Shown one piece after another: positions 51,938 to 63,917 of a DNA stretch of 64,000 nucleotides. Each line of letters starts with the position of its first letter. Position 1 is the first letter of the stretch. The position numbers and the translations under genes were made by a program. The notes below the pieces were generated by a model that was given only the letters and a program-made list of their open reading frames with translations, had not been told where the DNA came from and did no database searches. Source of the stretch: Gracilinanus agilis (taxonomy: Eukaryota); assembly GCF_016433145.1 (NCBI RefSeq), contig NC_058132.1, positions 526,548,576 to 526,612,575 of the forward strand, given 5' to 3'.

Positions 51938-52192
51938 TTGTGTCTTCAGCATAGTAGCTTGCACTTAGTAGGTTCATAACAAGTTCTGATTGGTTTGGAT
52001 GGGTATCATGACAAAGACAGCATGGGGAAAGATAAGTAAGGTGCCTTCCTGTGTGCTCAATTGGAAAGTCTTATGTTGTAATGGGGATATCATTGGAAGT
52101 TGTGAGAGGGAAGAATTCTGGAGGCATCTTCAGGTAAAAGGTAGTGAACGTTATCTTACTGACATTTTTGTTTTTGTTTTGTTTTTTTCAAG

Positions 52193-52338
52193 AGACCGAC
52201 AGCAAAGGAGTTGTTGAAACACAAGTTCATATTAAGAAATGCGAAGAAAACATCTTACTTGACAGAACTGATTGACAGGTACAAGAGATGGAAGGCTGAA
52301 CAGAGCCAAGATGACTCTAGTTCAGAAGACTCAGATGC
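52193..52338 (+). CDS. STK24: STK24 coding exon (exon 7 equivalent), 146 nt, phase 0-2
   Basis: tttttcaAG|AGACCG...GATGC|GTgagt; RPTAKELLKHKFILRNAKKTSYLTELIDRYKRWKAEQSQDDSSSEDSD (kinase C-terminus, basic NLS region, acidic linker). Confidence 0.97.
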
Positions 52339-52544
52339 GTGAGTATCTTCCATCTGCTTACTATTCACTATCCAACAGGAGGAATGTGCTTGTTCTTTTT
52401 TCCTTATCTCCCAGCTGTCACTGCCTAGTGCTTCAGGGATGGGCAGGAAGCTTAGGAAAGGGACATAAGTTTAACCATGAAGTACATATGATTCCCATGG
52501 TTTCTCCAAAAGAAATATTTTGGTGTTTCTTTTTTTTTCAGTGT

Positions 52545-54375
52545 AACTTTTTTTTTCATCCCCTCTTTCCCCTCCCCACATTGTATAAGGCATTACTTGG
52601 CAAACAGATATGTATATTTTGATGTTTTTTGTGTTTCTATTTTTTTACTTCATTCTCTAGAGGTGAACATTCACAAGTTAATCTTCAAATATTAAATCTG
52701 TAGCCGTATGTAATATTTTCTCTGGTCCTACTAGTTTCACTCTTCATTAATCCCGTGTGGTTCTTTATAGGTTTTTTAAAAAATTAATCTGCTCATTGTT
52801 TTTTATAGTGCAGTGATATTCCATCACAATCATATACCACAATTTATTAAGCCATTCCCCAATTGATGAACATCCTCTTGATTTCTAGTTCTTTGCCACC
52901 ACAAAGAGAGCTGCTATAAATATTTTGAAACATGTAGATTCTTTTCCTTTTTCCCTATTCTTCTTGGAAAATAGACCCAGCAGTAATATAACTGGTCTAA
53001 GGGTATCCACATTTTTATAGCTCTCAAGGTATCATTCCAAACTGCTCTCCATAATGGTTGGGATCAGGTGGAGCTATTATGGCGGCATAGTAGCAGGAGA
53101 CTTCTGAATCTCCTTCCAAACAATCATTACAAAGTGTCTCAAAAGGACAAAAATCAAAATCAGATGAGTAAAGGGGCTTTCCCACTGGAGACAACCTTAA
53201 AGGTAGGCAGTATTTATATTTGGGGATTCCCACAGTAAGGAGGTGAAACTGCATTTATCAAAAGGCAAGCTGATCACTCCTCCACACCACTTATGGTGCC
53301 AGAGTCAGAGCAAGGACTGGGCTATCTCTAAATTCTTAGGGGCTGGCTGAAAGTACCACAGACTTGCCCCTGAAGGCATTGCAAGGCTTTGGCAGTAAGA
53401 CTTGAGTCTTGAGGCTGAAGAGTGCGGAGTCTGGGCAGCAGAGCATGGAGCTTGGGCAGAAACAAAGCTGGACATAGCTGAGGCAGCAGGGGCTGGAGAG
53501 ATAGCTTCAAAGAACATCACATTACTTGCCCTCACTTGGGCTTCTGACTTGGAAGGGAAGATATCACCAAGGCAAAGCCCTTTGAGACAGAAGCTAAGAA
53601 AGCAATCAACATGCAGGAACCCCAGTCCACTAGTGGCAAAAGGAATAAGCAGCAGCAAAAAAAGCTTTTGATTCTAGATAATTTCTATGGAGAAAAAGAA
53701 CAAAATACAGAAACAACAGCAAAGTGTGACAAACAAGCAAACACATCTAAACTCCCCCCCCCACCCCAATATGGAAATTGATCACAAGCCGTTGAGGAAC
53801 TCAAAAAAGGAGTTCAAGAATGAAGTAAGAAAGATAGAAGGAAAGTTCAAAAAAAGAAATGAAAGTAATACATAATGGTTGGGATCCATTCATAGTTCTA
53901 CCAGTAGTATATAAGTGTCCCTACTTTTTCACATCCACTAATCTGAACATTTATCATTTTGCTCTCTTGTCATTTTAGCCAATTGTGAGATGCTACTACA
54001 GAATTGTTTTGTTTACACTTTCCTAATCAGTAGATTTAGAACATTTTTTTCATGTACCCATATATGGCTTTGATATCTTCAACTGATAACTATTCATCTT
54101 TTGCCTATTTATCAATTGGGGGATGGCTCTTATTGATATCTGAAGGGCTGTCTATAAAATCCACTCCCCAATTTTCTGCTTTTCTAATCTTGCCAATATT
54201 TGTTTTATTTGTACAAAAACTTTTCAATTTAACGTACTCAAAAGTATCCATTTTATAATTCACAGTACTCTCCATCTCGTTTACTCATAAATTCCTCTCT
54301 TATCCATAAATCTGACAATTAATATGTTCCCTGTTCTTCTAATTTTTTTATATCTCCTTTTATGTCTAGATCATG
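52545..54375 (-). mobile_element. Older L1 (ORF2 C-terminus and 3' UTR), interrupted at 53066-53870
   Basis: Minus strand reads QPLWRAVWNDTLRAIKMWIPL-like text resembling the L1 ORF2 C-terminus; the halves rejoin across the TSD. Confidence 0.85.
53066..53870 (+). mobile_element. L1 5' UTR plus the first ~80 codons of ORF1, with 16-bp TSD and no poly(A)
   Basis: Starts aggtggagctattatggcggc (L1 gcggagccaagatggcg-type start); QQKKLLILDNFYGEKEQNT and KKEFKNEVRKIEGK resemble the marsupial ORF1p N-terminus; TSD cataatggttgggatc at 53050-53065 and 53871-53886. Confidence 0.88.
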
Positions 54376-56234
54376 TATCTAATTTGATCTTAGTGTGTTT
54401 TGCTGTTTCAAGCCAAATGGAAATTAAAAAATGAATGAATCTGATACATCATTGAGGTGTAAAAGCAGGGGTATTCTAAAATATGATGTGCAAACTGAAT
54501 GTGAAGATGGGGGTGGGGAAGGAAATTGATGTGTGTAATACAAGCATACATCTCTCTTTAGCGAAAGAGAGAAGGCAGTAGGCAACAATAAAAATTAATA
54601 AAGCCATATATGTAAAGTCTTTAGGTGATATGCATCAGAACTATAAGGAATGTATGTGTGTATACTTCTACCTGAGGTATATTTATTTTCTAGATAAAAA
54701 GGCTGTTGTTGACACCCAAGACCCCATATATTTTTGCAAATGACTACATTTTTTTTTTTTTTACCATATGGTCACTTACTAAGATTTGACAATTTCTTTG
54801 AGTAGAGTCCTAATGTGGCTGCTGCCAAATAGGTCTCTTTTTCTATGGGCATTAAGTAATGGAAATAGTCATGGTGGGTGTTCAACTGGTTTGGATTCCT
54901 TTTCTTACAGTTAGTTCATTTTGGCAGATTATATGAGTAAATGTAAGTTAGTGGGCAGGTTTATTTGGCTTTGTACACCAAGGGTTCCTTTAGATCGTAG
55001 TAAAAATTGTGTTAAGTGATCAAACTTGGAAGAATTTCTTTGCCTATGTTGGCCACAGTGTTAATCAGCCTTCTACCGCTCTTATAATCAGAGGATCACA
55101 GAGCAGAAAATGTTACTTCAAATTACTTTATGAATTTTTGGCAGTAAATGTACCAAATTGAAATGATGCCTTTGTTAAGATTCCTTTTTTAGAACATGTT
55201 AATATTCTGTTAACCCCTGGATGCCATGAATAGAAGTCTCCAAGAATAAAAATTGCTAATCCTTAACAGAGTCTCTTTTTCTGAGAATACTGGGATAATG
55301 AATCTACTTTTAAATACTGTTAAATTTTTTTATTCAGAACTGCTACTTTAAACTTCCATGCTTCCTTAGCTAATGAGGTTAAAAAGGAAACCTGAAGTAA
55401 CCTCTAGCCTTCATAAAATTAGCCAGATAAATAGACTTTCTATGAGTAAGGCAGAAAATAACCGATGGATATTTAAAAACTGATAAACTGGAAAGGACTT
55501 TTGGTTGTAAAAGGTCCTAAAATCCCAGAGCCCTGAGAAAATTGAGACTTAAAAATTCAGATTGAATGAGAGAAAGGAACATTCCAAAAACATATTATAG
55601 AGGTAAGACTTGTAGCCTAAATTTAGATTAGCCTAAATCTGAAAATGTTTAAGATTAATGAGAAAGGTATCAAATTATACGTTGGTGTTAACACCACTGT
55701 GTTCTGATAGCAGCTTAATCTATTTGTAGACAAAATGTTGAAAGGAAAAGAAACCTCTTTTTTATTTGTGAATTTGGGGAACTTAAACTTGGAAGATCAT
55801 GGCAACTGTCCTTCATTCCTGAATAGTGAAGTAATAGCTACCTTATTTTCTAAGCAGTGGCTTCTTTTTCTGTGTACATGAGAAAGTGCAATATTTTCAC
55901 TTTGGCTTATAAAATCACAAAACTTAGAATTGTAGGGGCTACCCCACTGATTCTCAAAATCTCTCTTCAGGACTCAGTTCTATGCAATAGCATAGTGAGT
56001 AAAAAAAAAAAAAATTTGATCCAATTGCCCTGTTCAAACAGACTTACTTGAACTTTTGGTGAATATGCCTTCAGGAGGCCACCTGAGATATAGTTCTGCT
56101 CCTTTATATCTTGAATTCCCATCCAGGCCTTGATTGGTGTCTCTTATGTTTTATCTTCAAGCCCTTTTTATTGAATTGCAGAATTTAAAAATTATTATAC
56201 TTAATGATGGAAGGTTTTGAATTTTTGTCTTAAG

Positions 56235-56358
56235 AGAAACAGATGGCCAGGCATCAGGCGGCAGTGACTCAGGAGACTGGATCTTTACAATCAGAGAAAA
56301 AGATCCCAAGAACCTGGAGAATGGAGCGGTTCAGCCACAAGAACTGGAAAGAAATAAG
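56235..56358 (+). CDS. STK24: STK24 coding exon (exon 8 equivalent), 124 nt, phase 2-0
   Basis: gtcttaAG|AGAAACA...AATAAG|GTagaa; (A)ETDGQASGGSDSGDWIFTIREKDPKNLENGAVQPQELERNK; in frame with the previous exon. Confidence 0.96.
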
Positions 56359-58567
56359 GTAGAATCTGATTGCTTAAAAAAGAAATAGAACTATTTAAAC
56401 ACAAGTGTTTAAATGTAAATTAAAGTATTTAAATATAACTAGAACCTGATTATTTAAATATAGTTATTAATGATCTTTTATAGAGTAACTTTTCAGTTCT
56501 GATAAAATTTTTAAAAATTAAGGAACAGACTATGGGGGATTTAAAAATTGACTCAAGGAAACTGGTTTGTTAGTTCAGTGATGACTAAATGTTGATTGGA
56601 TCCTAAAAATTCATACTTAAACTTAGATCTGGAAAAGCGCCGAAGAGATATTTTAGACCATCTGAGGCCCAGAAAAAGTTGCTTCGTTGTCTTGTTAGTA
56701 GGAGATACAGCACAGATTCCAACCAAAGCCTCCGTTTTCCATGTTACAAACCAAAGGTTATATGCAAATAATTTATTTCACCTTTGAATTCATAGACTCC
56801 TAGATTTGGAAGGAAAAAGAAGTCATCTCTTCTAGCCCTTATTCATTAAGCCATAAATTAGTTCTTCAGGCTCCCTAATAGCTATTGATTCATAAACATG
56901 TCTTGTTAGGGAGAGTACTTTCTGTCTCGGTTGTCCCTTCCATCTTTTGGGCAGCTAATGATTAGGAAGTTTTTCCTTATATGGGGGGAGGGGGAATTCT
57001 GTGCTTCTATAATTTCTAACTTCTAGTGCTATTTATGCCCTTTAGGGCCAAACAGATCAAATCTTAATGTTTTTCCTGATGAGCGGCCTTTGGATACTTG
57101 AAGACAACCTTCCTTTCCCCTTAAGCCTTATATCTGATTACTTCCATTGATCTTATTTAACACATTGTCTCTCCCTTCTTTTTGTTGTTACTATAGCCAG
57201 TTCTTGGTCCTCCAATAACTCCTGCCTCCTCCAAATACACAACTTTCTTTGATATCCAACAGCTTATGATGGAAACCATTGAGAAAGTAGGACTACTAGA
57301 TATATGGCATTTGAGTTTATAGCAGTCTTTTTACATGGACCACCACTTTTCTATACAACAGGGGAGACTTGTATGAGACCCTTAGTCTTGGATTTTGTTG
57401 AGACTGTGATGTTCTTCACTCTTTTATGAGTAGGGTTAGGGATGCATATCTAGACCTGCTATTTTATTAGTCCAGAGATTTCTCAATGAGGAAACAAGAG
57501 CCACTAATACAGATCAGCAACTCCTCTGCAAAAGGAAATCTTAAGAGTTTAAATTTCATACCCTGAGTCACATAGGTCACAGGTAGGACTTGAATCCATT
57601 CTTGACTCTGAGGCCAGCTCTATCCAGTATGTGATATATGTTTTCCCCCTAGTATATCTTATGAAATCTTGAATAAAAGCTAATTTAGACTGATTTGGGG
57701 AATACCATACATAACACATGGATTGGATTATATGGAACAATTTTAAAGAAATATAACTTTCTTTCAGTACATATCCAAACCAACGGGTATCTACTAGTGG
57801 CCGTACAAGTTCAACTTTAATAAAGAGCTTAAAGCATTTATTATTAGCCCAGTAATTCTTTAAGGGTGCAAGTAGGCCCTGCTGTAGTGTTGAAAGGCAG
57901 TTTCTCTTTAAAAGTTTCCCCTCCCCCATCTTGATTACAATGTTAATTTAATTTATCTTGAAAAAAATCTTTCTTTTAAAGATAAAATTCATGGAAACTT
58001 CTTTTTGAAATAGATATAAACCAGGAATTATTACAAATCAAAACAATAATAAGATTTTGCTATACTTTTCTACCACAATGAGAATAAACATTTTAAATTG
58101 TCATAAATGTCCTAACAGTTTGTTATTCTTTTTAAATCATCTTTTATCTATTAGTCTTTACTGTTTAAAGTAAAAAATTCCCTGGTGGGGGGAGGTCTCC
58201 CCTATATAATGATATAGTTGTTTGTTTTTTTTTTAAGAACAACTATTACTACTTTTTAACTTAGTGACAGAATTTTTCTTTGCAATATACAAGCTTATTT
58301 GCCTACCTCTGTATATTTAATGTTGTTATAGCTTTCCGGTCTAATGAAAGATAATCATATTTGCTTTTGATTAAATCCATTGATGTTGAACATGAAAGGA
58401 TGTTTTTCCTCTATCATTCAATTCAAATGCTATAGTTTAAGCAGTATAAGTTTCATTGTAAGTAGAAATAGAGTTATGCTTTGAGTCTTAAGATTTGAAA
58501 GTAATAAATTTTGTTGAATGCAGAATGAATTATGTTATATTAATATTATTGATGATTTTTCTTAAAG

Positions 58568-58636
58568 GTGAAAGATATCCCAAAGAGGCCATTGTCTCAG
58601 TGTTTATCTACAGTTATTTCTCCCCTATTTGCAGAG
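58568..58636 (+). CDS. STK24: STK24 coding exon (exon 9 equivalent), 69 nt, phase 0-0
   Basis: ttttcttaaAG|GTGAAA...GCAGAG|GTaaga; VKDIPKRPLSQCLSTVISPLFAE, start of the C-terminal CCM3-binding region. Confidence 0.95.
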
Positions 58637-60571
58637 GTAAGATTGCTAACATTGTCAAAATTTAATTTTATTTTTAGTTTTACCTTATTAGAGATGAGTC
58701 TGATGTCAAAAGAAGGTATATAAGAGAAATAATGTGTTTTCAAACAGGTTCAGAAATTCTGCATGTTTCTGATGTGAAGCTACATTTAATGATAAGCTAC
58801 ACCTAAAAATGTTTAATGTCCAAGAAAATTACCTATTTGCACACCTATCTTTACATTCCTCTTCCTCCTTTCCTTAGTCATTTGGGCCATGGTCACTTTT
58901 TAACGCCTCTGCAGAGTCAGTCATAGCAGTCTCCTGTAGCATTAGTTTCTGGATGAGGATGAGCAGTGACTACTAATTACCAAAAGTATGTGGACCTAGG
59001 CAGTATGGGCCTTAATTACAATTTTAATTGTAGCTCTTTTAGCCCCTAGAGTATAATTTTATTTCAGTTCATTTTGCTTTTGATTTTGGGCCTCTTCTTA
59101 TTTACATGGCTTTGCCAAAAGTAGATTTGATCATCAAAGGAGCAGTAGGGACCAGTGAATACTTTTTTTTTTGGTATCTTTGATCTCTTTCATTTGTCTG
59201 ACAGCTGTTTGCCAGATTTAGTTTTTTATTTTTTGTTTATTTTTTCCCAGCCAGTTAGAGCATTCCCATTAAAAGAATGAGACAGCACATATTTTAGAAA
59301 TGAGAGTAGCATATTAGCAGTCCATTGACCTACTTTTTTCCTCTCCTTTCTCTCCTCTGGTTTTCTCTCTGATGGCATTTTCCTATTTCTCATTGGGACT
59401 ATTGGCTGCCTCGGGGTGATGTCTGTATCAATATAGTTGGTGATCTTTCCAGGAAAGATCCCTAAGAGTATCTCTTTAAGGGCCCTATCATCTCCTTAGG
59501 CATTACTTAGAAAGTAAAAAATGTTCCTTTCCTAGGCCAAGCCATGCTAGAACTAGCATTATAGACTAGTATTCTATTTTTAAAGCCCATCTAAAGTTAT
59601 TATCTAATTTCTGCAACTATTGAAGTAGTAGGGACAGGTAAGAAACATCATGTAAGACTCACTTAAGGTCTGCTTTCTTCATAGGAAGTGTTTAGTTCTG
59701 CCCATTTCTTCCTCTGGACCTTTGAGGAGTTGTAGAATACACTCTGTACTCCTGCTTTACAATTCTAACTCAGTGTATCTCATAAGAGGCTTATCTAATA
59801 TCCCTGGCTTCTTACCTCTAACAAAACTAGAGCATATGGTAGGATACAGGCTATGGTTAGGTCAGGGTATAATATAACTCTGTCAGAAGTTATAGGAATA
59901 AATGAGAAATTAGAGTTAGAAAAGATCTTAGATGCCATTACCCTCTTTTTATAGGAGGAAATTGAGGTTTACAGTTGACTTGCCCAGGATCATACAACTA
60001 GTAAGTGTCTAAGCTGAATTGAACTTGGCTTTTCCTGACTCCAAGTCCAGTGACCTCTCCACTATACCTTGGAAAGGTTCTGCCTGCTTTTCACTAAGTG
60101 GTTTAGAGTGATCTTTTTGAAAATATTTAGTAGATTTACTTTATACCAGTACTCCTTTGTGTAAATGGCAGTATTGGCAGATAATTTAGTGATATCACAT
60201 ACCCAGTTTATTGATTTTAAAACAAGCTCTCCCTTTGGGCTACTTTCAAGCTTAAACTTAAAGGCTTTTATGCTTCCCCAGACAGCACCTATATTCTTAG
60301 TTTCATTGCCATTCCGATGTATTTATATGACACCATTTTGATTCTTACTATTGTCTGATAGAGCGGGCTTTATGGTTTCTTGAGTGTTTATTCAATTGTC
60401 CAAAATCTTACCAGTAACATTTTTATAAACTTAAGACCCATACTAGATAGAATGTCATAGAATTTGCGAAGTTGTCGTTTTAGGGAGTTTTGGTGGGCAT
60501 GTGGATAAACTATTCAGAAATATTTCCTTAGTCAATACCAGGAGAAAGCTGGTACATTCTCTTTAATTTTC

Positions 60572-60690
60572 AGTCAGTCAGCCAGCATTTATTAAGTGCC
60601 AATTATATGCCAGGCACTATGCTAAGAGCTGGCAATACATGGAGATGCAAAAGACAGCTCTTGCCCCCAAGGAACTCGCAATCTAATTCT
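60572..60690 (-). mobile_element. L2 3' end fragment
   Basis: cagtcagtcagccagcatttattaagtgccaattatatgccaggcactatgctaag. Confidence 0.75.
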
Positions 60691-61539
60691 GACTAGTAAA
60701 ATTTGAATCATTATCAACTCATCCTCTAATTTCCTAGGCATCATTTCATGTCCCATTTTTAAACTAATTTTGTTATTTTTTCATGAACTTAAACCAAAGC
60801 AGCAATTTTAAAACAAGGAAACCTCAAATCTGCTCCAACAACAACAGCATAATGAATCATACCATACCTTGGATTTGGGAAGTACTTCTTTCAAGAAATG
60901 CTAAGTGCTCTATGTATTAATCTTACACTGTAAAATATTTCATTGGCTAAGTAATTCTCATGAAATGATGGAAAAGTAGCACAAAGAGTTCTTGCTTTGG
61001 AATCTAGATTCTGATTCCACTTCTGATGATTTCTACCTGTATGACCTTAGGTTGAGTAAGTCATTTAACATCCTGGGGACTCATTTGTCTCAGCTCTATA
61101 ATGAGGGGTTTGGATTAGGTGGTGTTTGAGTTCCGTGACAGACTGAGATCTCTATCCCATGATCTTATAAAGTCTTTGATTTACTTAGTCACTTTACAGA
61201 GTTCCCACTTGCCCTGCTTCTTACATTTCTACCACATTTCATCAATTGAAATCCGAATGTAGCTCTAATTGGGCTAGGAATGGGGTCATGGAAGAATGGG
61301 AGCAGTAGGGGATTGCAAATTATTCTTTTAAGGATTCTTAATTACAATTACATATTCAGCTCTCTTGAGAAATTCAAGTTCCTCTCTGTGACAGTCTCAA
61401 GGTTAGATGTATTGCAACACAGGTAGAGAAGGAAGAGATGTTAAAAAGTTGAGATGTTCAGCTTTCCCAATTGTTGTCTTGTATGGCATCTTGTCTTTCA
61501 GATTCCATTGTCATTTAATAAAAAATTCAAGCAAATAAT

Positions 61540-63765
61540 TGATTCTAGAATCATAAGAGCTAAAGAGAAAACCTTTCTAGGCTTGGGACATTGAGATTTT
61601 CCAAATCATCTTGAAATACTGAAGCTGGCCATATTACCAAACATTTCTTATACCATGTAATAACAGAACCTGTTTCAAGGAACTCTGTCTGGCCCCTCAT
61701 ATCCCACTGCAGTCTCCAGCCTGCATCTGTCCAGGAAGGCTTTAATGAGGGCCTCCCAGAGCAATCATTTAATCTACCCAAGCAGCTACTCTAAGAGACT
61801 TACAACTCCACAGCAGTTGTTTTGCCCTCCTCTAGGAATTCCCTTCCCACTACATAATGTTTCCTGATGCCCTGGGACAGCTCCATCCCAGGCAGAAACC
61901 CTATGTATGATAAACTACCTGAACAAATTCCCACTCTGCCATTCCCTTTCCATCCCAGTGATTCTTAGCTCCCAAATGTCATTGTTCAGTCTCTCCTCTC
62001 TGTTTACCAATAACCATCTTGTATTCTTTTTCCCCTTTGACCCTACCCCACCAGTGTCCCACTCTAATGCTACTTCACTGTGCTTCCTGGAATGCCTATT
62101 CCATAAGTAACAAACTAGCTTTATCTTAAACTTTTCCTTTCTTATCCCCACAGTCTATTTGTACTCATTGAGATCTGTGGGAAAAATTGAACAGAAAGGG
62201 TTTGGAATATTGGAGAGAGGATGGATTGACAATGAAGGCACCTGGAAGGAGGAGGGGAGAGCCTTAAGAGAGTGACATTTGCTCTCTGAAAATACTCTTT
62301 CCTGGACTTTGGGACTGGAGGGAACTCTCTTTGCCCCTCAGGATAGAAACAACCTCTATTTCTGGTATTTTCCCAACTATTTTCTCAACCTGGATTCCTG
62401 TGGATCATGCCATTGAACAAAAGGATATTTAAGGGGGGGTGCTTGAATTGTAAAGGCTGTCTTTAGGGGTACCAGTCCAGAGAGATAGGCTAAACCAGCC
62501 CTGAAGATCAGACTCTCCTTTCCTCTTGCTTCTACTGCTAAAGTCTTTGAACTTAAGAAAGCTAGCATAGATATAGCATAGAATAGGAAGAAGGAAAACC
62601 TCTATAAGCCTGTGAGCACTCAGCTCAGCTCAAATCTGAGAGAGACTTGAACTCACTCTGTGCTTTAGGTTTAGGGCAATCCCTACTTCCCAATGTCCTG
62701 ATCCCTTGCCTTTAGGATTTGTTATTAAACCAACTATAGTTAAATAAACACAGTCAGATAATCTTTGTAAGGGTGAAGGGGGCCGGAAAAGAGAAAGGGT
62801 TTTTTAGGGAAGAAGGTTCTATATAACCTCAATTTACACCAAATCTTGAGGTGCCCATCATTGCCTTCTCCCCTGCTGGGGCTGCTCATGGGCTACACAG
62901 GAGGAGACATCAGAGAAGTTCAGGCAATAAGCAAAGACCTGAACAAAAGCCTATCTCAAATTCCTTTGGTATCTTTATCCTGTTCAGACATCAGCTGCCC
63001 CTCCATCTTCACCCTACTCTAGTGAGTCAGAGAGAAAGCTGCCATAGCCTCTCTGTCAACAGAAGGAATTTCTCTCTTGAGGCCCACTAGTCAAATCCCT
63101 CTTGACTAGAATCAACCAACATCTCCTAGGAGTGGTCCCTTTTCTGTTAGAAAGAACAAGATATTCTGTCTAGTTCTCTGCTAGAGGGATAGCCAGGCAT
63201 GGAGAAGCCTGATCAGTCATTTAGGGTTGCTCTTGAGGCTTAGCTAATCAACACTCTTGGGTAACCACAATAACACCATCCCAGGGTTGCCCTTTCTGAT
63301 TTACCCTTTGTAAGAGGGTACAGATCTAGCTTCCTTTTGATGCTTCCCTGGCCACCCTTTCCACCACTGGTTACTTGTTTCACACATAACCCCAAATCAT
63401 TGGTTGTGGTGAGGTACTTGAAATACTCCTTTCTCCCTATCGCCACTTCCAGGCTCTCCCTCTGTCATCATCATTCAGTATATTTTCTTTCTTTGACATT
63501 CATTCAGTTCCATTCAGGATTTTCATCTTCTTGCCTCTTAGATACCACCTTCTTTTCTTAATGATTTCAGTACCTAGCTCACAATCTTTCTCCAACTCCT
63601 GCTTTTTTATACTATAGAACATTAACATCCTTTATTTTTTCAGGTCTCAGTTTGTCTAAGGATTCATCTCATCTATATTTAGTGATAGGTAACATCTGAA
63701 TTTATGGTTGGTCATTGTCTTTTAACATACTCCCACTAGGTAGGAACCTCTTACTTCCCCAACTT
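61540..63765 (+). mobile_element. 5' part of an L2 LINE (upstream region plus endonuclease domain), split by an LTR element at 62176-63322
   Basis: HCASWNAYSISNK before the insertion; joined across it: LIEI*LPFDASLATLSTTGY...EILLSPYRHFQALPL, matching L2 EN motifs CALWNARS / LTETWL / GILL. Left boundary approximate. Confidence 0.8.
62176..63322 (+). mobile_element. LTR-type element, 1147 bp, 4-bp TSD GATC
   Basis: tgtggg...ggtaca termini; gatc at 62172-62175 and 63323-63326; tataag 62603-62608, AATAAA 62743-62748. Confidence 0.85.
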
Positions 63766-63769
63766 ATTC

Positions 63770-63917
63770 ATTTCTTTAGAAAAAAGTATGATCTATGCTT
63801 TATTGTATTTTAAATCATTTTAAAGCAGTTTTCAATTACATTTTAATCTGGTTCTGGTGGTACTCAAGAGTGTTGTAGATCACATATAGTCAACTGGCTG
63901 TGTATTTGACTCCTGAT
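63770..63917. mobile_element. Old Charlie-type hAT MITE fragment, same family as 27486-27675, inverted
   Basis: caattacattttaatctggttc...gtgtatttgactcctg aligns to the reverse complement of 27486-27600. Confidence 0.7.

Noticed and set aside
54551-54572. 9-bp hairpin tctctcttt-agcg-aaagagaga (also 8-bp stem at 63087-63109, 7-bp stem near 33385)
   Set aside because: Chance-level for stems of this size, partly low complexity; too short for miRNA precursors.
56577-56665. C/D box snoRNA (GTGATGA ... CTGA, ~89 nt) in intron 8
   Set aside because: No terminal stem, no recognisable rRNA/snRNA guide, atypical position relative to the 3' splice site.
57549-57929. 126-aa minus-strand ORF
   Set aside because: No recognisable domain; partly over MIR-like sequence; length within random expectation.
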